Made by a program: the position numbers and the translations under genes. DNA of 64,000 nucleotides from Eutreptiella sp. 'Long Island Sound 2002'. Lineage: Eukaryota > Protista > Euglenida. The stretch is from the NCBI GenBank assembly GCA_964036045.1, contig OZ038378.1, forward strand, positions 51,026,001 through 51,090,000. The letters run 5' to 3'. The notes under the pieces are model-generated. The model made no database searches and was not told the DNA's origin. It worked only from the letters and a program-made list of their open reading frames with translations. Below are positions 47,011 through 58,419 of this stretch, one piece after another; position 1 is the stretch's first letter; each line of letters begins with the position of its first letter.

Positions 47011-48962
47011 CCAGAGGCCCCACATACCGCCGGATCATGACTGTCGCTGGACCATACCGGACATACAACCACAGACGCGTCCGTGTTACTCTGCTGGTTT
47101 TGTGAGCGCCTGATGTGACTGGGCTTGTCCTGTGCAGTCCCAAATGGTTGTGGGACAGTGAATGATGTGCCTGTTTGACGCTGTACGTGTTTGTGGCTGA
47201 ATTTGACGCTCATTTTTTTGATTTGCACTGAGCTGGGCTCTACAGAGCCCAGCTTGCCAGATTTGCTTGATTTGCCCCCGAATATGAACAATTTTATACT
47301 GCTGGGCTCTGCAGAGCCCAGCATGTTGTTTCAGGCCAATTTGCATGCCTCCTGGTGGTACGCAGTGCTGCTTTCATCTCAACAGTGTCCCTGTGTCCCT
47401 GTGTGAATTTGGTTGTATCAGCACAACATTGTGCTCTGGCATTTCTTTTGGTACGTCCCTCGTTGACACAGTGTGCCAACTGTCGAGTTTTCTCACAATT
47501 TTGGTCCATATACGGTGCCAGGTTTGTGTGTATGAGCCCCAGATCATTTAATTCTTGCTATTTTTTTACCAGTCCATGCCCTGCAAAGTCCAGATGCCTT
47601 TTGTAACTCTGATTTGGTCCTGACATGTTCTGTTGCCCGTGCCTGGGCCTTGCAGAGCTCAGCTGAACGTGTCTGTCATTTCGAGTTTACCAGGTATGCC
47701 CTGAGTCCAATTTCAAGTCAGTAGTTTGGGCACATGTTTGCTTTTTATCGCTGAGCCACGTTTTATTCCTCGCTGTCATGTATGCTCAATTGCATTGATC
47801 TGTTGGGCCTGTGTTTTTTCATTTCTCCAGCGGTTGACAGTGCGTATGTTGGACATTGGCCTGACACTGTCTACTGTGCGATGCTTAATTTTTTGATGTG
47901 ATTTGTGGCAGATTTTTGTTGGTGTCAACCATTTATCGATAGTTCAACATTTGCTCGGAATTTAGAAGGGGGAACAGTCTTTGTGTGGCCAGGTGTTAGT
48001 AGGTGCTTGTGAACCACATCTGGGGACACATCAGTCTGTAGTCAATAGAGCATCCAATTTTGTTGTTCTGGCGGACCTCCTACAGCGCACATAACGGTTT
48101 TCTCAACTTCTGTGCCTTGTTTTGTGTGTGTTCGTGCCTTAGACTCGTCAACTAGTGTGTACAGCTTCCATGCCTTGTGTATGACTGGTGCTCTAGTGGT
48201 CTATCGCTTATTGCGCTGAGATTTTTTTCGCGGGGGGGGGGGGGGGCGGGGGAGGGGTATAGGCCGATGCCTATTGTAGCCATTACTACACTGGTGGTCT
48301 GGCTTGTTTATCAATAGCGTAATTCATGGGTGCTTTGTGATGTTTGTATTGAGCAGAGCCCAGCCAGTAGGAATTCCCTATTTAACGCCCTGTTACTACC
48401 TGTTTGCCTGTACACTGTTGTGTTGGTGTACCACCCTGTACTATTACCCCCGTTTTTAGTGAATTTCATGTATCTGGGCTCTGCAGAGCCCAGTCTTTCA
48501 GAAATGCTGCCTTGCACCCTCCTTTTGTATAGGTGCTATTCTCTGTTGTGATAGGGGACACCTTCTTCACAGGCGGTGCATGTAAGGTCACGAATGCCGT
48601 TATAATACCACGGGTGCTAGAAGAACCGCAGCACATGCCGTTGCCACCTATGTGCTCCATTTGTGATATCAGACTGTGAAACATAGTTTTATGGTGCGAC
48701 TGGTCCATTTTCAGTATTTCAGACCTCCAAAATTGGAAAAAACAGTCGCTGCGCTTGCATGCTGTGGGGGCCCAAAATGGTGCCTTTTGGGTGCTTCGCA
48801 CCCCTAAATTGCGTGTCGTTCCTCCTCCCCATACACCCTGGCTGGGAACCACCCCTCCGTTACGCTTGGCTATGCAGCAGGGAGGCTAGGCTTTGTGTAG
48901 GACATGAATTTTTTTTGAAAAAAAGATAGGGGGCACTATGGGCCTCCTAAAAAGGTGGCCGC

Positions 48963-50078
48963 ATGGCCAAAGAGATGCTCATTACTGCTGAGTGCATTTG
49001 CAAGGGCGAGCGCAATGTCCTGAGCCAAGGCATGAAAACTGCCTGGGTCCCCTGGGTGGTGCGTGTTACTTATGCGTCCTCTCAATCCGCGAACCCTGCC
49101 GATTTACGCACGTTACCCTTATTTGCCACGGGCCAAGACCCGGAGCACCGCTTTTTCGTTGAATCTGAGATGTCACCTTCGTTGATGGCTGTGCAAGCGC
49201 ATGTTCAGTGGGCCGAGCAAATGGTTGAGCATCTTTGTGGTACCCGTTGTGGTCTGGATGAAACCCCTGGGACTGATCCCAAGCACACAAAAATCTATTT
49301 CAAAGACCTCACTCCTTCTGATGTCAACGAGTTGGTGGATAGATTTGGATCACTCCCACAGCTTGCTTTGATGACTTCTGCTATGTACGAAGGACGTGTG
49401 ATTGACAAATTCCCGCATGTCTTCAACATGTATACCAGTGCCGCACGCCGTTCTGAGGTTGGTCCCCAAATGTTTGCCTTCCTTCTCAGCGCTCTCTGGA
49501 ATGATGGTAAAGTGTTGACGGATAACAACCTTGCAATCCATGCTTCCTCTTACACTAAAATCCGAGTTGGGTGTAATGTTGAAGAGCGCCAGCAGTTCAT
49601 GGCGTTCATAAATTCTCTGACTGAGTTCGAATTGAGTGTCAAGAATGAAATTACAAACGAACCGCTCATGCAAGAAGACCTTGACTCTGACGCTAGTTCT
49701 GTGCAATCGGAACGGGGCAGCGTCGAGACATGTATGATCATGGGGGTTCCGCCATTCTGGAAGGAGGAGCACCTACGTGCTTTATTGGAGTCCATGGGTG
49801 ACAAGGACTTTTTGACCAACAAACTACCTTGGAACGTTGAAGAGGTTGGGACCACTATGCGGCGTGTTCAGGCGCCCAAGGCCGCCTCTTGGGTCGGCAA
49901 AATGTTCCGTAGCAAGGAGGGTTGCGTTCTGCTGGTCATTAGCAGTGCGGAATGCAGGGAGCGCAAGCAAAAGCGGCTGGCGTCCAGGCCTGCTGCTAAG
50001 CGGTCCCCCATAGAGCGTGCTCATGCTGCTGTCCAAGTGACGGCAAACCTCGTTATCATCCCCTGGTGGTGCACCTGA
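48963..50078 (+). CDS. LINE ORF1-like protein (371 aa, RRM-like segment)
   Basis: Intact ORF directly upstream of APE-RT. CMIMGVPPFWKEEHLRALLESMG is RRM-like. Confidence 0.6.
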   Translation: MAKEMLITAECICKGERNVLSQGMKTAWVPWVVRVTYASSQSANPADLRTLPLFATGQDPEHRFFVESEMSPSLMAVQAHVQWAEQMVEHLCGTRCGLDETPGTDPKHTKIYFKDLTPSDVNELVDRFGSLPQLALMTSAMYEGRVIDKFPHVFNMYTSAARRSEVGPQMFAFLLSALWNDGKVLTDNNLAIHASSYTKIRVGCNVEERQQFMAFINSLTEFELSVKNEITNEPLMQEDLDSDASSVQSERGSVETCMIMGVPPFWKEEHLRALLESMGDKDFLTNKLPWNVEEVGTTMRRVQAPKAASWVGKMFRSKEGCVLLVISSAECRERKQKRLASRPAAKRSPIERAHAAVQVTANLVIIPWWCT

Positions 50079-50214
50079 TTTTGTGGCGCCGTATGGCGGC
50101 AAGTTCCAGTTTAAGCGGATGAAGACAGCCCAATGAGCCTGCCCAATGAGCCCATTGGACCTTGCCACAATTCCTCTGTTCCTGCTTCTACATGTGATGT
50201 GTTCATCTTTGGGG

Positions 50215-52416
50215 AACCCTTGAATGTCGCTACGTTTAATGCATATGGGTTGAATGCCGTTCTGCAGAAGTCATCGTCAGACTGCTCCCAAAAGTCGCAC
50301 CGTCGTACACGGTTGCTGTATCTCATCCAGGAATTAAGTACTTCTTAGTTGGACATTGTTGGGATCCAGGAGCCCATTTTCCGCACCCTTGAGGTAACAC
50401 CGCGTTGTGGGCCTGGAAAGCCCTGTGAGTTCCATCGGGCAGTCAACCGGTTGGATGATGCTGGTTTCCCTTTTATAGCCAACTGTTCGCCGCAGGGTCG
50501 GGGGGGGGGGGGGGGTTGGACTAGTTTTTTCTAAACGCGGACTGTTGAGTTAGCCTTGTCCACGCAGCCTCCACGCTGTTTGTGCGGTTGCCCCATGATA
50601 CAGGGCAATGGCTGCAGGTTTTGGTGGCCCATTTCCATCATGAGGGACAGAGTCGTTAGCGCATGTGGGGTGATGTATCATTGGTCCTGTGGGATGCCAA
50701 TGTCCCAGCTTCAATGTTGTGTGATCATAGTTCTGCTGTGCTGCCTGGTTACGATTTTAAAACGATCTTATCTCATGACGCTTCGAGGCATGTGCTAGCA
50801 GCACGAGAGCTGGAGGTTGTGTGCGTAGGGCATTTGGGTCTGTCAGAAGCCTGGAGGCTAGCTCACCCTGTAGAGGATACGGCTGCTGAATTGCGCCCAA
50901 AGGGGTGGATTTGGGGCTTTCCGGCCCACAAGGAGGACGAGTCTCAGGAAGCACAGCTATAGCGACATGTGGGTCTGAGGCGTATCGATAGGATTCATGT
51001 ATCGAGCTGTATTATCCCGGCTGTGATAGGGGCTTTTACGCGGTTTATTTGGGGGGTGTAATCGCAACGCGGTTGTTGTGCATTTGAATTTTTCACTCGC
51101 TGCCGCGTGGTCGCCGTTGGAAGTGTCCAGTTTAAGTTCTTGCAAGACCTGGTAGCTTGTGATTCTTTGAAGCATGACCTCATGGCGTTGCCAGAGTCTG
51201 GATTGTGGTGGGAGAACGCGCAGGAATGCATTATCAGAGTCGCCAATTCACATTTTTCAATGCACCGATCTGTTGGTATTACGGAGGTAGCGGCTTATGT
51301 GCGTTCATCCAGCTCAGACTATGTTTGCCCCGCTGGGGTGGCGTTGTTAAAACGACATGGGTATGTACTAGTCGTGAACAATACATGGCTTTGGTGAAGC
51401 CGATGGAACTGGAGTTTGACAAAAACACTAATTCCTCTATTTTTGATAAATTACTGGCGGAATTACAATTGACAGCGTCCACGCCACACGAACGGGCCCC
51501 GCGTAAGCAAGAAATTTTCCGGCTGATGCGCCAGTTACAGGAGCGAAAGAGATTGCAGCAGCTCAGGTGGGCAGGTGGTACTGTCATTAGGGATAAACTT
51601 CGCATTGCATCAGAACTCTCGGCTTTCGGGTCGTCAATTATGCAGGGTGGTGCTAAGTCACAGCACGAGATAGAGAGTTACCTCACTTTCAAAGGAGTCC
51701 ACTTCAGGTTGGCGTAGTGCACGCCCGTGCTTTTTACAAAGCTTAATGCCGAGTTAGGTACTGCAGCGTTGGAAAGGCTGAAAAATGGACCACTGCCACG
51801 ATTGGATGGTATCCCATCGTCCGTATACCGGCATTTTTGTGATGTACTTGTGCCTCAAATTTTGAATTCACTGCATGGCTTTATGGCGGGTGGTGTCCCC
51901 CCTGACTCCTGGATACTGGCACTTGTATCTTACATCCCTAAACAGCCGGGTGTGCCGGTGGTGTAGGGACTTTGACCAATATCGGTTTGCAATGTTTTGC
52001 ATAAATGCGTTACGACAGCGTTGTTAATGCCAATAAAAGACATATTGCACTAATTAGTCCTGATGCAACAAAATTGTTGCCTCACAGGGTGTTGAATTAT
52101 GGAGCACGTTTGGCATGCTAAAGGTGCATGGCATGAAATGTCGCAGGGTTTTATGATGACAGTGGATTTTCGGAAAGCATACGAAACGGTTACTTTTGAA
52201 TACCTGGCAGCGGTGTTGAACCTGATGCAGTTGCCTTTGCCGTACATCGGTCTCATTTTGCATGTTATGGCTTCCCCTAGGTTGTACGTGGTGGGGGGGG
52301 ATGTGATTTCTGAGGTGGTGCACTGGCCATCTCCCGGTATAAGACAAGGAGACCCGCTTAGTCCGGCCCTGTTTGTGTTGGCGGTGTCCAGTTGGGTTCT
52401 GCTATGGAGGCTTTAA
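50215..52416 (+). pseudogene. Non-LTR retrotransposon ORF2: AP endonuclease + reverse transcriptase, decayed and truncated before YADD
   Basis: LNVATFNAYGL, DIVGIQE, RRIDRIHV, PRLDGIP, PISVCNVLHK, VDFRKAYETV and GIRQGDPLSPALFVLAV. It has multiple stops and frameshifts. Confidence 0.93.
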
Positions 52417-53564
52417 GCTGCCTGATCCCCTGAGGACTGAGCCATCCCACGAACAGGCCTGAAGCATTGGGCGCGCATGAGACGTCCCCCTTCACGGTGA
52501 GTGTTTGTGTCTCGCCTCCTCAACCCCAATTCGGGGGCTGACCTGGTTTGGCATCAAAACTTCGAAGCAAGTCATTGCTCATTTTGAAAAAATCTCTCCC
52601 TGAAACCAAATCATATTGACCTCAAGCCATGTATCCCCCCTTTTGGGCAAGACCACCCGGTACAACCCTTGCATGTGGGCGGTATGGGTGTAGCCTAAAA
52701 GTCACACGGAGGAGCCCCGAATGCTTTGGGTGCTCGAAGCAAATCTCGTGTGCCAAACACTGGGGGGATTTGTGAAGTGGTTGTGAACGTGGGGAGCAAG
52801 CCCCCTCATTACCCTCCATTACTGCACTGGAGCCAGAGCCAGGCGTTCCTTTTGAATGTATCTTCTAGTGCTTGGTTCCTGCGGGCGGCACGACATTGTA
52901 CACTGTCCATGGGCGGGCACCCGTGTGGCCTATTGCTCGTCCCCACGATGCTACGCCGCGCTTGGAGGATTGCCCGATCGCCGCTTGAGCCCACAAGGAA
53001 GCAATCTTGCCACCAATGTCGCCGGACCACCTTTTCCTTGGCACACGGGCGGGCAGATTTTGGTGGTGGTGTGTGGTCAATGGGGTGGTTTTGCCCCGTC
53101 GGACAGCAACGAGGATGGGGGCCAGCTTTTTCGATACAATCAAGTCCCGCCGCCACGTCCGGGAGCGTTGGCCCGGTCTTTCACGGACCCAAGAATCCTG
53201 TGCAGGCGAACTGGGCCGTGCACAACCCACGTGAGGAGGGGCAACTGTACTGTCCCTATGAGCACTGTTTATTTGTTGTTCCTGCATTCACATGACGCCC
53301 TTTTTTGATGTATTCCTTGTCATAGACAACTCGGTGTGCTGCATTTCCGATTCGAGACAACCTTGTTTGCTGAATTTGCACTCCGAGACAAACCTGAAGG
53401 TGGCAGCAAATGCAGCAGAAAGAACGGCAGCCGCTGTTCAGTCTGCCTTCACCGCTATCATTGCCGTAGTAGCCCGTCCCAATCAGTGTCCCCAGAAGTA
53501 GGACCAAAACGACAAACACGACTAACGCAATGCACAGAGCACGCACCTTGTCTTGGGCACCCTT

Positions 53565-53845
53565 GCCTTGTGCTTGATGTGTGTTGGCTACCCGGCAAAG
53601 GAGTGGGATGGGTTTTAGGGCTTTTGTCTCAATTCGTTGCGGAAAGAATGCTTTCGGAGCTGTTTTGTGCCATGCAACACACCCACCGCGCTTTGATTGT
53701 TGTACTTGTTGTATGTTTGCTACCCAGCAAAGGAGTGGGACGGGTTTCAGGGCCTTTGTCACAAATTGGTTTCGGAAACAATGCTTTTAGACATCTGTTA
53801 TGCCATGGAACAGCCCCAATGCGCTTTGATTGTTGTGCTTTGATT
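53565..53845. repeat. Tandem repeat, about 2.1 x 130 bp
   Basis: ctacccggcaaaggagtggg at 53589 and ctacccagcaaaggagtggg at 53719. Confidence 0.85.
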
Positions 53846-55004
53846 GGCAGGAAGGGTACATGGAAGGGTGGTAGGAAGGGGTGTTCTTGGCCTAGAAAAA
53901 CGTGGTAGAAAGGGTGTCAGGAACCGTGTTCCTGGCCAAAAACGGGGCTCCTACGTGGGCCACACAAGTGTTCCTGGCCCGGAAACCCCTGCCACGAAGT
54001 ACGAGCCAATAGTTGTGTCGATCTTTTTCCAAAAGTGTTGAAATAGCATTATGCACCAAGACACATTGAGCGGGCGCTATACATCCATTCGCCAAAGGAA
54101 GAGCACTCTACAAATAATGAAATGTGATCTTTGCAAGCATGCATTGTACAGTCAATTGTGTGCATGCATGCCGGTGATTATGGGGTAGGAACATTGCCAT
54201 CCAAGCGAACACTAGCTCGGAAGCCTGCCAACCACGCGCCTCATCCATTTTTCACCAACCCATCGACTCTGAGTTGCGAAAAATGGGTACATCTTCCCCC
54301 CTAGGCTCCCAGCTTAAATCACGAGGATCTCCTGGCCCATCTCTCTATCTTCCGGACTTTTTGTCGTTCCGCCCGTCTCTCCCTCTTTCGGAATTCCTCT
54401 CTTGCTCTCCACTTCTTTCGGATCCATCTCACCCGGCACCTCCTCTTTCTTCACCGGTGGAACACCAGTGTGTCCGTCCTATGCATTGAGGGGCTCTTGC
54501 TTTATCCTCAAAAAATGTGGCACATAGATAACACGTGGTACAATTAAAGGTAGTTCCGGAGGCAAACCCAAAGGTGGGGAAGCCAAAGGCGAAGAATAGG
54601 CCACAAGCGGCACTGTCAGACCAAGGGCAACACATAAGACATGTAACACAAACAACCAGTAAAACACACACTCGGGCAGCTTCTTTATGCTAGAATGGGG
54701 GCAGAACATCACGATGCGTCTGATGCTTTGTGCTAGCATCTAGCGGTGCGTCTAGCCTGTCACGAAGCGGCGGATTGTGGCTTGGAGGCGGACCGTGAGG
54801 CGGCAGAGGGTAACTGGAGTAGGTGGTCGTAGTTGAAGGGGGTGGACAATTGTAACGGCGGAGGTGCGGGTACTACTCCTTCATTGAGGAGAATACACCG
54901 GTGGCCTCCATGGAAACGTCCATACTAGTCGTTATAGTTCCCGGGGTACTCCTCATGGAACGGGGAGAATGCTCAAACGGCAGAGGCAACCGTCAGGGGC
55001 AATT

Positions 55005-56600
55005 GAAGAAGCACCTATGTATAAGATGGAAACACGCAACACGCGCCAAACCGAAAGGGGGCATCCTCCATAGGCGTGTTTGGGGGTTAAGAAAAGAAAA
55101 ATACCCGTTGCCGCAAGTTATGACGTCTCAACAACGCTTAACGGCCACTTCCCAGCATCGGGCGGCCCCTCTCCTTGGTGACTTCGTACTCCGCATAGTC
55201 GAAGCCTTGCAGCATGTGCAAATTTTTTCTGGCCCGAACCATGCAGAAAAGTGGGTTAAGAGGTGCAATATATGGAGGCACCCTCCGGAGATGCACCAAG
55301 AGGCGGCAAAATAGGGTGCGCAAAAGGAACACGTAAGGCGGACACACAGGCAAAACAACAGGTACTGCTTGGACACACGGAAGAGTTGCCGGAGATCTGT
55401 TTGCATGCCGAGGTGTCCTTGAAAGTCATGATGCTGATCCGATCATTGGGCAAAATCGACTGGGGCCTCCAAGGAAACCTCCATACTAGTATTTGTGGTA
55501 CCCGGGGTAGTACTCGTGGAACAAGGAGCATGCGTACATGGCGGAGGCAACTTGTAGAGGCAATGCAAGAAGCACCTATGTATAAGACGGAAACACGTAA
55601 CACGCGCAAAACCTAAAGGGGGCATCCTCCGTAGACGTGTTTCAAGGTCACAAGGAAGGAACGCACCCAATCCCGCAAGTTCCGACTTCTCAGCAGCGCT
55701 TCAGCGCCACTTTCTAGCATCATGCGGCGCCTCTCCTTGGTGAGTTCGTAGTCCGCATAGTCCAACCCTTGCAGCGTGTGCAAATTTTGCCCGGCCCGAA
55801 CCATGCAGGGAAATGGGTTAGGAGGCGCAAAACATGGAGGCACCCTTTGGAGACGCACCAAGCGGCGGCACATAAGGGTGCGCAAAAGGCGTATTGCGCT
55901 CTAAACCCGTAAGGCAGCCACAGAGGCAACACAACAGGTACTGCTTGGACACACGGAAGAGTTGCCGGAGATTCGTCTGCATGCCGAGGTGTCCTCGAAA
56001 GCCATGATGCTCGTCCGCTCATTGGGCAGAATCGACTGGGGCCTCCAAGGAAACCTCCATACTAGTATTTGTGGTACCCGGGGTAGTACTCGTGGAACAA
56101 GGAGCATGCGTACATGGCGGAGGCAACTTGCAGAGGCAATGCAAGAAGCACCTATGTATAAGACGGAAACACGTAGCACGCGCAAAACCTAAAGGGGGCA
56201 TCCTCCGTAGACGTGTTTGAAGGTAACAAGGAAGGAACGTGCTCGATGCCGCAGGTTCGGACTTCTCAACAGCGCCTCGGCGCCACTTTCTAGCATCATG
56301 CGGCGCCTCTCCGTGGTGCGTTCGTAGTCTGCATAGTCCAACCTCGTGCAATGTCCCCAAAACTTCCCGGCACAAACCATGCAGAAATCTGGGTTAGGAG
56401 GCGCAAAATATGGAGGCAGCCCCTAGAGGCACACCAAGAGGCGGCAAAATAGCACACGAAAATGGCGCATTGCGCTCTAAACATGTAGGGGGGCACACAG
56501 AGCCAACACAACACGTACTGCTCGGGACACACGGAAAAGTTGCTAGAGATGCGTCTTCATGCCGAGGTGTCCTCCAAACTCTTGCCGCTGATGCGCTCAT
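55005..56600. repeat. Tandem triplication (561/576-bp period) of a two-exon module of gene X
   Basis: gcacctatgtataaga at 55011, 55572 and 56148. The minus-strand peptides NERTSIMAFEDTS and DYADYELTKERRRMMLESGAEALLRSR match gene X SDRVSTMGMEDIV and LMAYKLEEERQLELPASGAWSLVRTR. Confidence 0.9.
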
Positions 56601-57700
56601 GCCGGTCCTTCCGTAATCCTCCGCCTTTTCTCCTAATCCGGGGGTGGGATAACCTCCCTCACGCAAAGATCTCCAAACTTGGTGACCTACTCAAGGCCTT
56701 GCCCGCACCACGTGCACAGGGACACAGAGCGCATGAGACGCGTTTCCACTTGCCATTGGGTGCTAACGGGGTATGTGCACTCAAACGGAACACGTGCGGA
56801 GGCATTACCCCAGGCACCTTCTGTCCCGTGGTGGAGAAGCGATAGCAAGTTGTATGCTCCAACATCCGTTGTAAGCAACAGGGCGAGGCCCAGCTCGCGG
56901 CGTGCAGCTCCATTCTCCGCAAGGCATTTTGAGTAGTCATGCAAACACACCCAATTAAGGTGCTGCACCCCTCTCCGACACACAGTGCATGTCCGCTTTG
57001 TCCCCGGTCCTGTCCGCGATTTTTTCATGGCTTGTAGATGTGGTTGGCATCGTCCTTCATGGGCTGCTTTGCTCCACCACAAACAAGACACTTCCCCACA
57101 CAATTTATTTGTCTTTTTCGTATTTCCCCTCTTCTTTCTTCAAGGTGCTCTTGTTGTTGGGCTTCCTCTTCTTTTCCGCGGCCATTCCTTGTGGGCCCGT
57201 GTTTTGGATGCCTGATAGGTGTTGAAGTTGTGTGCCTTGGTGTGCGCAGCTACCTCCACCATGGCACTCCGAAATTCGTTGGCATTGTGCTGCTGCTTGA
57301 TCTCTCCGATGGGGTTACAAGGTGCGACGGGGGCAAAAGCTGCCTTGACACCTTTGGCCTTCGTCTTTGCTTCCCTACCTTTTTCCACCTTCTCTCTAAC
57401 AGTCCACCTATGGCGTCAAGGGGTTCTCCTCTCAACCCTCTTCCTCCTCATTCTTAGTGTATCTCAATCTTTTCGTCCGCATTGGTGTTGCCCGAATCCT
57501 CATCCACCTCATCCTTGGGCACCCACGTCCACACTGTGTTCCTTGCAGTCTGTAGAATACACAAAACACGAGAGTTGCCTTTGGGAGCAAAGGCGGAGGC
57601 ATACGCAAAGAACCGGCAAAATGCGGAACAGGCGCAACATACGCAAAGCAACACGTAGAGGCAAGTGCGGACATGAATGACGACAGCTCGCGGAACACCG
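56600..57700 (-). pseudogene. 'Gene X' copy 3
   Basis: HDYSKCLAENGAARRELGLALLLTTDVGAYNLLSLL aligns with HYRECLSEEPKSKQELGLALLLHTSVQALSVQSVL. Confidence 0.7.
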
Positions 57701-58419
57701 CACATTGTTGTCTACCACATGAGCGTGTCTTTGTGGGTGACGGGCTTCCTGGACCACCGCGAGGCTCTTGGCCTTGCCTTGCGGGGGCTTCTGCAAATAG
57801 GGGTCAAGGTGGGGGGGTGGAGAAACTCAAGCACCATGCGCTTTTCATCTATGCCCCCTTTTGTATCGTTCCGCCACTCGCGATACATTCTTAGGTGGCC
57901 GAAGCATGTACGCTTTTGTACCGGGAAGTCTACAAATTTGGTAGAGGTAATTTGCCCGATTTACCTGCTTTTTTTAACCACACAATTTGACTACTCAGTT
58001 TTTTGGCCCAATTACCCACAAAAATGCATGATTTTCCTCCAACAAAGCTCACACAAATTTTGCCATTTTACCCACTTTTCCGTAAAAAGCACCATATTTT
58101 GGGGGGTTTCGGGCTATAAAACCTTGCTCTTTGTTGTTGTCCTCTCCTTGCTTCTTTTTTTTGCACACTTAAAAATCCAATTTTTACGCCGGAGGTTTCC
58201 CAAATGCTGTAAAAGTACAACACTTTCCGATTCGTATTGCGAGGCCTCGCAATATGAGACATGAATCAACATAATTCTTTGCAATTACACACACCTTTGG
58301 GTCACACAGAAGCAAGCAAAAAGAGAACACAGCGTATCAATACATTGTTTGCGTTGACACGTGAGGCTTTCGGAATGCGAGGCCTCGCAATACTGACTGC
58401 TGCTGCCTTAGGGTCATTA

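Larger units (their letters stand above)
37832..48493. repeat. Dispersed 20-bp perfect palindrome CTGGGCTCTGCAGAGCCCAG (about 24 exact or near-exact sites)
   Basis: Starts at 37832, 38211 (interrupted), 38291, 39842, 39970, 40040, 42393, 42463, 42647, 42717, 44540, 44729, 44798, 44981, 45050, 45233, 45303, 45480, 45549, 47233, 47302, 47643 and 48474, plus a half site near 48351. It was not seen outside this interval. Confidence 0.97.
37832..48493 (+). mobile_element. Element A: large putative DNA transposon (Pro-rich ORF + DUF6589-like ORF + ParB/MTase-like gene); ends not identified
   Basis: Extent inferred from the palindrome distribution. The gene order matches element B at 58.2-64 kb. 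Confidence 0.55.

Noticed and set aside
37832-48493. CRISPR array (palindromic repeats with spacers of about 50 bp)
   Set aside because: The repeats come in isolated pairs over 10 kb, the spacers are duplicated, there are no cas genes, and the context is eukaryotic and intron-containing.
53890-54330. Further piggyBac C-terminal remnant downstream of gene X copy 3
   Set aside because: The similarity (HTIDCTMH, VLVHNAIST) is too weak to support without a profile search.
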